Positions 21,201 through 26,576 of a stretch of DNA of 40,000 bases are shown here, in pieces. The position numbers and the translations under genes were made by a program. Each line of letters opens with the position of its first letter. Within the stretch, counting starts at the first letter, position 1. Source of the stretch: Bacteroidota bacterium (GTDB lineage: Bacteria > Bacteroidota > Bacteroidia > Bacteroidales > FEN-979); contig JACNKI010000130.1 of NCBI GenBank assembly GCA_014382125.1, positions 1 through 40,000 on the forward strand, given 5' to 3'. The notes beneath the pieces are model-generated. The model had not been told where the DNA came from and searched no databases. It worked only from the letters and a program-made list of their open reading frames with translations.

Positions 21201-24200
21201 TGATCAGCTATATCCCCATGGAAGAGATGTACAACCAGACTTTTGATACCGCACTGAAGATGATCCGCAAGGACAGGATATTCGATAAGTCTGCGTACAA
21301 GGCTTTCGAGAGGGGATTCAGTGATTATATTCTGGGGCAGTTCATATCGGATAATTACACCAACGTAGAGTACAACAATAATTTCCTGACAGAGAACGGG
21401 TATACGCAAAATAACTTCGACTTCTCCGAGATTGAAGACCGCACCGTATTTGTTCTCTCCATGCCGTATTATTTGAGAGAACTCAAAGATGTCTATAATG
21501 ACAATAAATTCATCTCTTCATTGAGTGTCGTAAGCCGTAAGTCCGATAATCACCTTATCATAGAACTTACCCATAGCAGACAGGTTCCACCGGAAGTCCT
21601 TTCGGAGATGGAGAGTGACTTTGAGAAACTGCCGGAAGAGATAAAAAGTGTGTTCAGGCTGTATTCCGCATTGGTGTATGGATTTAACAATCCCAACGGG
21701 AGCTTCAGTGCCATCCTCGACTCGGAGATCGAGATCGAGTTCTCGGCATGGATGGAAGATGCTGTCATCGACACCGACCTTGCAGCCAGAGAGATACTGG
21801 TAAAGACACACAAGCTTATTCCTTACGATTTCAGTTACAGGGTTAATGAGTCTGTCATAGGACAATACACCGGTGCTGATCTGGTGAGGCTGAACATGTC
21901 CTATAAAGAGGATCCGATGATCATAGAACAGGATGAATTTGGTGATTACACCAAACCTGTCGTGAGTCCGTACTATATGTGGATGAATTCTTATACCGGC
22001 AAGAATACGCTTACTGATAATATATCTTCGATAAACATGCCTTTTGAAGAAATGCTTCGACTGATGGCAGGAGAAAATGCAGTCATCCCTGTCGGGAGAT
22101 ATTTCATCGAGTTCAAGAATTGGGCAAAGAGAAAATTCAACAAAGACACCACTATCCAGGTTATTCCTACCGGAAGAACCGTCAACGCAAACCTGATAAA
22201 AATCGATGATACAAGGATGGTTTCGTACTCTCCTATGATGCCAAGCGATGTTGTTGAATCACGCATCAATGAACCTAATTACACCAGGCTGACACAGGCG
22301 GTAAAGAGCAGTGATGGATTAGTAACGATAATAGATCACGTACAGAAAGTCTTCCCGAACATTAAATATTCGTTCGTTGATAAGAGTACGGCACTGCACC
22401 CTTCGATGAAATCATATATCCATGGCGGTATCGTTCATTTGAACCTGTCAAAGATAAACCCCCATGATCCGTTCCATGAGGCAACGCATATCTTTTTAGA
22501 GATAGCAAAGAATCTTAATCCGGAGATGTATTCCGGTCTTGTGGATGAGGCATTGGAGATGATAAAATCTGATGATCCTGTCGTACAGGTGGTTAAAAAG
22601 CTGTATTCGGAAAAGAGCAATGAAGACCTTGTTGATGAGGTCATAGCAACCGTTGTCGGATTCAAGAGTGCCGAGAAAGTGATGGCGTTCCTGTCAGGCA
22701 AACCGATGCCGGAACTGGAACAGACATCAAAGACCATCTTTGAACGCATCAGCGATAAAGTGTCGGAGTTCTGGGATATGATACAGAGTTTCGTATTTGA
22801 TCTGTTTAATGTCGATAACTACGCCCTTCGTGTCCCGGCAAACGAATTCTCTGACCTGTCTATCTCTTCCCTTGCAGACATCATCATTAAAAGCTCAACC
22901 AAAGGTGGTATGTTGAGTACCATCACCAGCGACCAGCTTAAAAAGCTGATGCATTCCCGTACGGTGGAGTCACGGTTTGAGAATGGCGGGATCAAAAACG
23001 TCAAAGACTTCTTCGATGCCACTGTCTATGACATGGAGAAAGACGAGCCTCTGCTTGCCAAGATCAACCTTGAGAACGTAAAGAACATCATTCGCAGATA
23101 TGGGAATCTCCCCTCTTTCTATGTGGGATATGAGGTAAACTTCAGTGGGGATCTGAACTCTGTTGAGAACGAGGCCAGGATAAAGGAGTTGATGAAGGTG
23201 CATGACAGGATGGATAACGAGATCGTTCCTGACAGCCGTGACTGGCTTAATGACGGTGCGAGCATCGAAAAGAACATCCGTTACACGCAACGGGAGACAG
23301 GCGAAGAATTCGGTTATTACACTATGGATGTGATGAATAAGCTTAAACGTGCTATCCTTTACACCAAACACACCAAGTTTGCCCGTTACAGCGACCTTGC
23401 CAATATAGAAGGCATGAAGCACCTTTATAACCCGATGTTCAAAGGGTTTGATCCGTTGATCGCTATCGAATACAATAAAGACGGCCAGATAAATCTATCC
23501 ATCTATGATATCACATCGAACACGCTTGAGGGGACAGGGAGCCGTTCTATAAGGGGAAATATGCTAAGACGGTTTTACAGTGATTATCTTGTAAGAAAAA
23601 TAAAACTCTTCAATGATATCACCCTGACCAACAACAATGCCGATACCAGGAGGATGATGGTACAGCTTTTGGCGAATCACCTTCTGGCCGACAGCAGTGT
23701 GAGTATATCTGACATGGCCGTTATCGGGCTGAGGAGAAGCAAGGTCGTGTATAAGAACATCGACCAGTATGAAATGAACAACAACATAAAGGCCATGGGC
23801 AAATACGATGACTTCATGGAGATCCTCTCGAAAGAGATGCAGGAGTTGTTCCAGGAGAAGAACATCCGTTATGCCGATATTGACCTTTGGAGAGAGCTAT
23901 CAGGCTTTTACCAGGCACGGGATATGAAAGACCATGGACTTGAAAAGGTGATCATGGAGAACGGGGAGGAGCCTGTCACAACGGAAGAGAAGAAAGTGAT
24001 CCTTCGCCACCGTCTGTTGTATCTTGAACGGAACCTGAAAAAGAAAAGCGACCTGAATACTGAATATGCCATAGATATCATCCGTGAGATGCGGTTATTG
24101 TATGAGCTGCTGTCATGGTATCACGATATGCCGTTGAACCAGGCACAGATAAACCCTCATACACGTATCAACCAGACGATGTTGTTTATCCATGACGGGA

Positions 24201-26575
24201 ATTCTATTGGCGGAGAGAATGTACAACGTATCAGGAAACTGGTACTGGACGCATCGGGGGATGTAAACAGGGAATTCAATAAGGTTCTCAAGCCGTTGAA
24301 AGAAAAGGGCGGGGGATTTGAATATTTCTATAACACCTTTGGCAATCCTATCAAGGGGAAGGTATCCAATATAGCAGAAGAGATATTTGACAAACTGTTT
24401 GTAAGAGAAACCGATGATAAAGGAAATGACTACCTGACGGGATTCATCTATTGGACTACTGATAAAACAAAAGATGAGGTCAATGCTGACAAGGCCAGGG
24501 AGCTGAACCTTCCGCCTGAAGTGCTGAAGTACGGAGAGATCATCGTGGGGATTATCAACGAAGAACTTGCTAAACTGAAACTCCACCAGAAGGTAATGTC
24601 TCAGCGTGGACTTAAAACCAAAGAGGGTGAAGATTATACCATCGTGAATGCAAGAGAGGAGATACTTGCATCTGGCGGCTATAAGCCGGGAATGGTTCCG
24701 TTGATGACAAAGACCTACTCTGCCAATATAAGCACGGGAGATGTGTTTAAAGGCATGAAGAAACGGCTTTCACGTACTGCTGACGTATTTACGCTGTATG
24801 AGGGACTTGATCCTGAAAATATCAAGGCAAACCAGGATGAGGGTCAAGACCTCAACAGCCTTGGAAATATTTTCTGGTACCAGTTTGGTATCGATGTATC
24901 GAGTGATATCACCGAACTGGGATCCATCACCAGGCTGTCACAATATCTCGGATTAGATGTTGTGGATAGCGGTGTGGATTCAGAGAATGAGCCGTATAAG
25001 TTTGAATTGAAAGACAAATCAAGGAATGATGACCTGTCGAAAGACCTTGAACTGATATTGAATTATTTCGTGATGTCTTCCGTTCGCAACCGTACTTATG
25101 AAGAGAAAGTGATGCCGGTTGTAAATGCTGCTAAGATACTGGCTATCGAGAGGCAAAACAACAGGGACATCGACGAGAAGAACTTTATGACGTTTGCGGA
25201 TCTGTTCATCAAGCAGGCGATAAAGGGAGAGAGAACAAAGCTCGATATGAATATTGCAGGGGTAAACCTCGATAAATCATTGGCTATGGGGATTGAACTG
25301 GCTAACTTCGTTGTATTGCCTTTCAATGTGAATATCGGTGCTATCTCGATGATCGTAAATGCAGTCTATTCCTATACGGAAGGTGTTGTCGGATCATTGA
25401 TGAAGCCTTTATGGAATGAAGAAAGCGTTATGTTTACATCAAAAAATTTATTAGAAGCAACGAGATTGTTTTTTACAGATAAGCATAAGATTACTCAGAT
25501 GATGCACCAATATCAGCTTATCAATCCGAACGATTATGAGCTTACCAACATGCAGTATCATCAGAAAACGAAGAAGTCCATCCTTTCCAGGCATTATATG
25601 AACTGGATGAACTGGGCATCTGACACCTATGCCAGAAGTCTTATAATGACAGCACAGATGTTGCATGACGGAACGTACCATGCGCATAAGTACGATGAAG
25701 AGAGCGGAACCGTTATTTATGATCCGAAAGAGGATAAGCGTCTGGGATGGAACGGGGTGAAGTATTCCGAAGAGGGCCAGGTATTATATGACTTTATGAA
25801 AAAGAGGCTGGTATCTGACGGACTGCAAAAAGCCGATCAGGAACTTACCAGAGGATATCTTGATGAAGAAGCACGAAAGTTTAAGTTCCTGGCCGATAAA
25901 TATGTCATTGGTGCTTACGATAACAAAACACGCAGTTTGTTGAATAATTACCTTATTGGGAAAATGTTCTTTCAGCTTCGCAACTGGACAGTAACCAGGA
26001 TAACAAATGCTATCGAAGAAAAGAAATTTTTAGCCGAAGGCGGAAGATACATTGTAGTCAGAAATAAAGAGGGTGAATTGGTTCCACAGTGGGAGAGGAT
26101 GATGGTGGAAGGATATGTGAATACCATTATAAGGAATATTGTCCTTACCGTTAAAAGCCGTAGCATTAAAAACTGGAAGAACCTGAATTATATGGAGAAA
26201 AGAAATCTCACTAAGGCGGGGGCGAATGTAGCGATGTTTACAGTGATGATGCTGATGTATAATCTGCTTGTGATAGAAGATGAAGATGATCCGGATGAAC
26301 TTGGTGTCATACCTGATTGGAGGATATTAAGGAATATTAAGTATGCAGCGCAGTCGATATTTATATTTCCGATTTTACTTGAGTTTATTTCAAGACCATT
26401 TGCAATGGTAGATATTATTGCAAGTTTATGGATAGGTATATTTGAGAATATTTTTAATGTAAAACTTGAGAACATCGGAAGCACATATCCGGGCAAATCA
26501 CAGATATATACTGTCGGTGAACCGTTCGGATTGAAGAAAAAAGATTTGGATGTAAAAAATATTTGGGAAGAATAG
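6206..26575 (+). CDS. giant polyvalent virion protein containing a crAss-type DPBB RNA polymerase module plus helicase-like and two zincin-like modules (6,789 aa)
   Basis: There is no stop codon for 20,370 nt. The track start at 6206 is GTG, and the ATG at 6209 is the more likely start. The internal motifs are listed as separate features below. Confidence 0.95.
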   Translation: MMPEEPIIPPKDRSKGIDFLGMLLNKKNLADIEMEHQQTGFPLNIYTRDELIDRYPQIKDDQQRQNDLLQYQDSWLKMYNAKGFKPFETKSLTIPDTKFNRARYGPKATYYNPNTAEFAIPEPEFGYYWPKSSEKHGATGLPFLATDIGDHFATSKGYYIDREGKKQPLELAGNADEHLKRVMSDDGMKYYWQEAQPGEIIPGDQIRQIIDRDMSSESIWGTMARGAWSGFIPLLYKGVGTAVSNFFTWSDKAMRLDLDYYNPDTWYNRFGVDAINDANWMSPQNEDERRGAFESWSSGLFNLMNGTTQMFGMMATGGLIGGLARGIGFGATAGMRIGMNASFGVGGAEAGSGIKEELERLGYSKNDIEMILPLFINATILSERVLSANIVQRFGVNAMMGSFGTKASRMKAGQLYTNVFDETLKNANTYFPRFSETMKGRVIQKAFTRLSQARKYTRDLAGTNKFFRVGFAGIEEGFEEGIEGKFYDVINMFYNGYNKNVANEFIEEYDKYIYTDPVGLNRPGQNVVSGDYFVKTRKDNPNDWSLVSKDQYREDTDRRAFSDKILSGEALLTGGNTAEEMAMAALSTWLAVGMIGGGNQKHVQTTVIDFAYQSVKNPGMKDQLRETYREMEKDNEDALGVFKTADGGVTDNVDESKRMTRVDLIIQEVEFWENIIKKYGLDSKEARLAYNSNMKLGAEAARAAGKIEKVQAAIVSVSNNEPLEEDVDTGIKAGMKEDQLKDLVKTHQKQLDDIVTPKPGEFNGKPGKYSIRYTDQWNTIELFDHFIDRQAENAAIANTSKEAIIHEIRSGKRARGIKLGITKAFGIDSKMHKIVEDEYQKEIQRKKAEYKKNYLTDRKKMNEMMSKWFIATNELPGINSIIQDYKNNENAILHDLGIKMDDIVQQYNAEIKEAIPDEEISGIMSGIETQLDAVSETLDNIAQLRQKGEAGAEETFTEGLNSFREGFSSLLYDINTVMERVGKTSAEALTDESNAAYNLFARRSADVLSRLQGELKADYDKSKADLTGMNIDLEMNYDMISGIIASAEKMDRSAPIEDFSQFAEGERLKRLVKAFNQMFNEAIIRTPDGVFTIGDLYSKHKIFADEKNEQDVDNPDTVLKDINVMLQYLERLERWVDVNYPLFQQKVERNDDTYEHSPIVHTPNQRLMEGDREAILESFKTIKNTLNKVQRAAQNAQASMDKENFRQRIQQTDLKIGILNDIHQFNIPHETDKDTPSLNELDGILSAIWAKLEEAGYKGDDRKFLEGLWRDFVDGKVDVQQVQNLMNEIDALVVEAIDSLSGKLDWLVKDIGVMIGLLTEQNLKEKGVINYTYSVLNDFNDNVALKPATESVRIEGGSTRHGYESGRISFQQGGSQGNYSDEYLFHLATNVHRWNEYGRNRKPKYSSIYIAIKDYIAEKEEMFKNGKRTFAPTIDQENVLLHAIGFYFSPANPLVTGGTSVIGENIQKILNSILVRGYGGTGKSTQLFTDMIGVLSNLMKRPLKIGVVVSTYDLANGYLKQKEIANDKLENGEFDIIYTDEMLDKDLNNQYDLLWVDEVSLHGEQQTIDLGEKLNTINTATQLPVFFVGDDTQVVKQEAKGDYDALWYNYSSERTSPLNIVHRTGKKVFHAFQNKLRSQKSSTSNAKIEIDNYGYSVDEDGGKHGVESFLTINDVLDSFLLRITNDNQEIDPGIGPEEVVLIVRDQEAELMFREYFISKGYEIPQRLIKHLYPQGIKQDREKLVSGLSAENVFFAYNFDSATSDFEYQTNLFKIRNILTGTTRQVEYVAIVHDTVQDKVDHIGEYKYNRENVQGFFKDFRERLDAVLSKFKEDGGVVTPPTPPGTEKHANTYEAADPEDVRSETKKQNTRLKRQQISESFTHISDLINEKLKIGADPGAKARGLFYHNLMKYHLNPSEPLFDELVKNAQAMVGDDKINEPEAFVRSFLNAIELRDDVREFLHDINTVISPVIKTEKGNNKVQANPFAIKFVGYTKKEGEIVPIVDILHLNHSKAKESQALDNKPMLQAQLGAYMAMVNDMGMLVNNVHLHTFRFETKKETGEGIPVQYRFSPLKTLTSKEKLEALKSASQVSFISDLGITEPQTPTEEEYFEVERVADDSLKGMKFSDPRVSIEPDKYFVDDSNIPSVITKITKKTEGKEVTTYVHLMQNRVEQKMTLPDFLAHGFNFMDIEYFEYMFIESALKFSDAENRRLISFTPHFPALSADIADVYNISFKEFANDISFWNQDENKLLKARSLVTERFINSKQTRVVKRYLPSVNLMDIAKDGTIKSKSRKFDHVMVNAISEDSIKEFFDKPFLEELSKIFSYELTIKDIRTLGLNVLSNDSQVEYDFKDASFTAVGLFDRSKQRKMAEEYLNLAEGQTTNGLSDEAFLDKIFENAFLSEINRDKAKSTETSQRNWREFLVEMNKHRLRTMRDAKMRGDLDTELVEASSGRMVRDGKRTTKTLTELLNMAKPHGFTVDTTAVEISDIGIERKRFAVSFNRGSAEPTVVYFDGKKIHGGENDQEWNDYKQQVKDEFDNLKNIIDDKNLSLRQKKIKLENSTGFQLIMANKSFFTEKDEEGGLTTKDTFSPYMYVNKKNYLNIIYRGDEDTRISHYLDQIKFIFDEFVVKAVQGETGGDMYYNPYIDSKTVDFSKIEAEGIDFSNVSLWFSPSDFRGDEEAVRTIKHVGTPLGDGTEFIPFSSEMSYTPLSFSLIDVEQAKGILIDILGSENVKKHLYTKNLDIKNNILRNQYNKKVFGLFDKGMIRFSTFDGKVEHLTPRHEAMHFITGVLLSPRERASLLKDTKKRMVSVKYTKEEGDTIYEYNREQDITDRDAYEYMAVIFEDGSYKTTFTPRGKTLLQKWLHFIRAFIDKYMRHRTSLLGVLYAADRGVFAKDNARNHEVVNDQMSKVVVNKYSNSSARNISISRFGNETNINRILENEVIPKIFNNFLPTAKTMNPRMAGRSTWEAIIKAHNYYLNAWKYYTKKNEDGEIVNPVSFTMLQGKEVIEVEDVPMADVTVEQYLGVQRYAEQSNSRLAYTFLKSYEVFNLGRYNHGKSMLYIFVQRALSHLNLESILANPNQEVGNFANIIFKDPREEGADINPFDTMNPMLTAMYSAIPLYNHSTMKFKDSNNQPYGHVNPSRLHALLTYSMFRLKSEQTKFRTDAWMNVLEEMLKEMPDSVDKNTIFSFLVEFGNRIVDPRTQRIRFTHDYNVIGHVDHRNDKNKEGTEKLIGLGYMQIMNDYYKKGRIHKFFTGEGSVRQLGYKLTEEEYRDKIRTYESLISGLKYYYLTLFNRMSEKAVAPYNLRDFKLQPVTNHERLMKKKDTKSAVINRISSYNDSGLNNKIINALTEGHADHTYTVTKDGVYDIEGTLMVKMPPRKTKKDSGNVNFSSMKELLSFIGIDTEIDLLENIYDPKKVKEDLRVQPERTYRYLEDHVYAFMLSLKVNSLIYPVIQQNEEKFFNKEIKAKDLIKLFDEKTDGMYSLLNNIYKDYYSKELRPEDLSNLDEKSRGTLMNAPTPLDFWRAIESISERALTFNYQLNNPMSINPEGNPSYGFQNGSFLSDRLPMPTKEKQKSSVLLRKLVLDDGAFTEGNPFYGGMTPDGRTLYNNPILSGKIEFDHLNFISGFEYVDSGSLFWKLSKKNKFQAVLESLKKALLGDTVYQYVPSIIDPLADKSAMPFIHWGFKGLRGMQQIANVEKGSFNNKPSLKSVEVNYAAILPTLYELKTYYVNVMEQKKAKWNAITPEKSVQKTSTKGRQILKELKRGGEYIIVGGRIHQGNEITQRGNPLLDLTYDSFDQKASNYAEYLKDHVTDVKRAFGNHFESFGQDLKESGYKMSKADLYIFDKYQIQGKDLGSWIAERDKIYAEFKVKTDEIQDRINKAKKAKNNALVDRLNLDKEKIKNQRGEAVSKPNEVIKQFRKEVAENNYLDDKGNMNPFLETAFWSHYILGESLGTLIRGSSYEYEDVIDYIKRGAGPIAPGNTFDIDFHRDNNLMGESSRVYITEDLRGNNTLFEQLQKSGVIRKDLKITDGASILNPVFQQMMRIQSGSIISNLGNGSFKTMNFYTHPATGKKIYFKFNQFPTSASAFQNDPFYHGLTRFMLGDHLYHRLLDNLGRGKMSWYDAINEIIYYLEDEGKEHRQDMIDYTVFESGSKWAITNINPIRTDANGNAIFNPKDNNPDNTIDVSNRTLRVQVITKQDTIDPYTSTPRQILYNIIAGSHNIEIAESINSIFKDYTDKENRTMEKVVKKETQTKFIRGAVKDQLFRSEDPMKMMDMVRDQNIDPFVYRDKSHQAVINRLNKALTPRLPGAFHVQAFSMPRIIWIDGQPMLKEDVDVLPENYTTENLKPIQYEYKGTPIEYYEDLIEHINSDPSNVVYRPAQVIAPFKDREKFGLSAETTLQQAMSYRLIETNEAGESFPGEKTSLYEPTSEKRTEEELVKLFMENDIDFYSEVSEEVNRRYAALNTKQLTQLSGQDLEIQEVSNILTLEKTYVPKVTGEAKKVIMAKLYASYFRNFNDALDVFFVRIPTTIASMGAMGRIVAFDNGVENTLYISAEKNILDGSDWDADQLNVIYRSITEKGYNTDATSNRLFETIKRFYDNPLNYEFILSRITVDELVDLRDELYENKEIREFLPNNLGSAVRMSDVNTDGKIMVGHFVNLSNYFYKMASLPQKIRNELFPNTIFTNDEKFMESIRAISILVNAATDNAKLGGLLGMLNVNTQTSPLIAGILFEGYNEADKERGYKNLLDKMVKILNSDQVLKASNNSQNHITQQFKKKLFRHLPNVTKKNTERIDQEDVLLANGLWEEGMKPIDIRHRLRQYTHTGEQLRRFGDVATLISGIKGSLFDLNRKIANVQYDMGIELTNYLSPILAMRANNEDVEYADIKEELPVPDMKEQVEFAVGQRVANLYTDEDLYANEDVEEDDEMLADEDEETKTGPNLINRVKNLEENERKIREKFNIAEVVKEFPHMIAELESLVRVKEMISYIPMEEMYNQTFDTALKMIRKDRIFDKSAYKAFERGFSDYILGQFISDNYTNVEYNNNFLTENGYTQNNFDFSEIEDRTVFVLSMPYYLRELKDVYNDNKFISSLSVVSRKSDNHLIIELTHSRQVPPEVLSEMESDFEKLPEEIKSVFRLYSALVYGFNNPNGSFSAILDSEIEIEFSAWMEDAVIDTDLAAREILVKTHKLIPYDFSYRVNESVIGQYTGADLVRLNMSYKEDPMIIEQDEFGDYTKPVVSPYYMWMNSYTGKNTLTDNISSINMPFEEMLRLMAGENAVIPVGRYFIEFKNWAKRKFNKDTTIQVIPTGRTVNANLIKIDDTRMVSYSPMMPSDVVESRINEPNYTRLTQAVKSSDGLVTIIDHVQKVFPNIKYSFVDKSTALHPSMKSYIHGGIVHLNLSKINPHDPFHEATHIFLEIAKNLNPEMYSGLVDEALEMIKSDDPVVQVVKKLYSEKSNEDLVDEVIATVVGFKSAEKVMAFLSGKPMPELEQTSKTIFERISDKVSEFWDMIQSFVFDLFNVDNYALRVPANEFSDLSISSLADIIIKSSTKGGMLSTITSDQLKKLMHSRTVESRFENGGIKNVKDFFDATVYDMEKDEPLLAKINLENVKNIIRRYGNLPSFYVGYEVNFSGDLNSVENEARIKELMKVHDRMDNEIVPDSRDWLNDGASIEKNIRYTQRETGEEFGYYTMDVMNKLKRAILYTKHTKFARYSDLANIEGMKHLYNPMFKGFDPLIAIEYNKDGQINLSIYDITSNTLEGTGSRSIRGNMLRRFYSDYLVRKIKLFNDITLTNNNADTRRMMVQLLANHLLADSSVSISDMAVIGLRRSKVVYKNIDQYEMNNNIKAMGKYDDFMEILSKEMQELFQEKNIRYADIDLWRELSGFYQARDMKDHGLEKVIMENGEEPVTTEEKKVILRHRLLYLERNLKKKSDLNTEYAIDIIREMRLLYELLSWYHDMPLNQAQINPHTRINQTMLFIHDGNSIGGENVQRIRKLVLDASGDVNREFNKVLKPLKEKGGGFEYFYNTFGNPIKGKVSNIAEEIFDKLFVRETDDKGNDYLTGFIYWTTDKTKDEVNADKARELNLPPEVLKYGEIIVGIINEELAKLKLHQKVMSQRGLKTKEGEDYTIVNAREEILASGGYKPGMVPLMTKTYSANISTGDVFKGMKKRLSRTADVFTLYEGLDPENIKANQDEGQDLNSLGNIFWYQFGIDVSSDITELGSITRLSQYLGLDVVDSGVDSENEPYKFELKDKSRNDDLSKDLELILNYFVMSSVRNRTYEEKVMPVVNAAKILAIERQNNRDIDEKNFMTFADLFIKQAIKGERTKLDMNIAGVNLDKSLAMGIELANFVVLPFNVNIGAISMIVNAVYSYTEGVVGSLMKPLWNEESVMFTSKNLLEATRLFFTDKHKITQMMHQYQLINPNDYELTNMQYHQKTKKSILSRHYMNWMNWASDTYARSLIMTAQMLHDGTYHAHKYDEESGTVIYDPKEDKRLGWNGVKYSEEGQVLYDFMKKRLVSDGLQKADQELTRGYLDEEARKFKFLADKYVIGAYDNKTRSLLNNYLIGKMFFQLRNWTVTRITNAIEEKKFLAEGGRYIVVRNKEGELVPQWERMMVEGYVNTIIRNIVLTVKSRSIKNWKNLNYMEKRNLTKAGANVAMFTVMMLMYNLLVIEDEDDPDELGVIPDWRILRNIKYAAQSIFIFPILLEFISRPFAMVDIIASLWIGIFENIFNVKLENIGSTYPGKSQIYTVGEPFGLKKKDLDVKNIWEE
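7091..7268 (+). other. Gly-rich hydrophobic (membrane-insertion-like) segment of giant protein
   Basis: The segment starting at residue 296 reads WSSGLFNLMNGTTQMFGMMATGGLIGGLARGIGFGATAGMRIGMNASFGVGGAEAGSGI. It has GxxxG-type packing and almost no charged residues. Confidence 0.5.
10496..11585 (+). other. SF1 (RecD/TraA/AAA_30-like) helicase/ATPase module of giant protein
   Basis: The motifs appear in canonical order. Q-motif-like APTIDQENVLLHAI. Walker A GYGGTGKST (10634-10660, residues 1477-1485). Walker B DLLWVDEVS (10859-10885). Motif III FFVGDDTQ (10961-10984). Then NIVHRTGKK, and a motif VI-like TGTTRQVEYVAIV. Confidence 0.65.
11912..12315 (+). other. possible degenerate PD-(D/E)xK (RecB/Cas4-like) nuclease motif set following the helicase module
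   Basis: GLFYHNLMKY resembles the GxxxH motif, EIVPIVDILHL supplies the motif II Asp, and QAQLGAYMAMV matches QxxxY. The expected (D/E)xK position reads LNHSK, so the match is imperfect. Confidence 0.25.
14489..14755 (+). other. zincin-like metallopeptidase module 1 (HEAMH) of giant protein
   Basis: The sequence reads GLFDKGMIRFSTFDGKVEHLTPRHEAMHFITGVL. The HExxH motif lies at 14558-14572 (residues 2785-2789). A downstream acidic helix, AYEYMAVIFEDG, is a candidate third ligand. Confidence 0.5.
19808..19969 (+). other. DPBB RNA polymerase catalytic loop (DxDxD) of giant protein
   Basis: VFFVRIPTTIASMGAMGRIVAFDNGVENTLYISAEKNILDGSDWDADQLNVIYR parallels bacterial beta-prime VLLNRAPTLHRLGIQAF...NADFDGDQMAVH. 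The Asp triad lies at 19934-19948 (residues 4577, 4579, 4581). Confidence 0.8.
22415..22663 (+). other. zincin-like metallopeptidase module 2 (HEATH) of giant protein
   Basis: The sequence reads YIHGGIVHLNLSKINPHDPFHEATHIFLEIAKNLNPEMY. The HExxH motif lies at 22475-22489 (residues 5424-5428). The downstream LVDEVIATVVGF is analogous to the corresponding helix in module 1. Confidence 0.55.
25280..26455 (+). other. C-terminal cluster of transmembrane-like helices of giant protein
   Basis: Three hydrophobic stretches are present: LAMGIELANFVVLPFNVNIGAISMIVNAVYSY, AGANVAMFTVMMLMYNLLVI (followed by EDEDDPDE), and AAQSIFIFPILLEFISRPFAMVDIIASLWIGIF. Confidence 0.5.
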
Positions 26576-26576
26576 T

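Noticed and set aside
18599-21409. Three long antisense ORFs (248, 263 and 254 aa on the - strand) inside the giant gene.
   Set aside because: They lie entirely within, and opposite to, a 20-kb ORF with strong protein-like motifs. Their translations are low-complexity and rich in Ile, Phe, Val, Arg and His, which is typical of shadow frames of a GAN/AAR-rich gene. None has its own start context or intergenic space.
6206-26575. All other off-frame and antisense track ORFs within the giant gene (for example 8603-9034, 12301-12690, 13186-13659, 15422-15976, 22970-23422, 24113-24586).
   Set aside because: The reasoning is the same: they are nested in a continuous coding frame and have no recognisable motifs or independent signals.
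6206-26575. An apparent GC-content rise in the central part of the giant gene relative to its ends and to nt 3900-6200.
   Set aside because: Hand counts of a few 60-nt lines ranged from about 32% to 52%, but they overlapped between regions. I cannot compute a sliding window, so the difference may simply reflect amino-acid composition. It is not reported as a finding.
6206-26575. An intein or self-splicing intron interrupting the giant gene.
   Set aside because: The frame is continuous. I found no Cys/Ser...His-Asn-Cys/Ser/Thr splice-junction pattern or homing-endonuclease (LAGLIDADG, HNH, GIY-YIG) motif by eye. There is no positive evidence.
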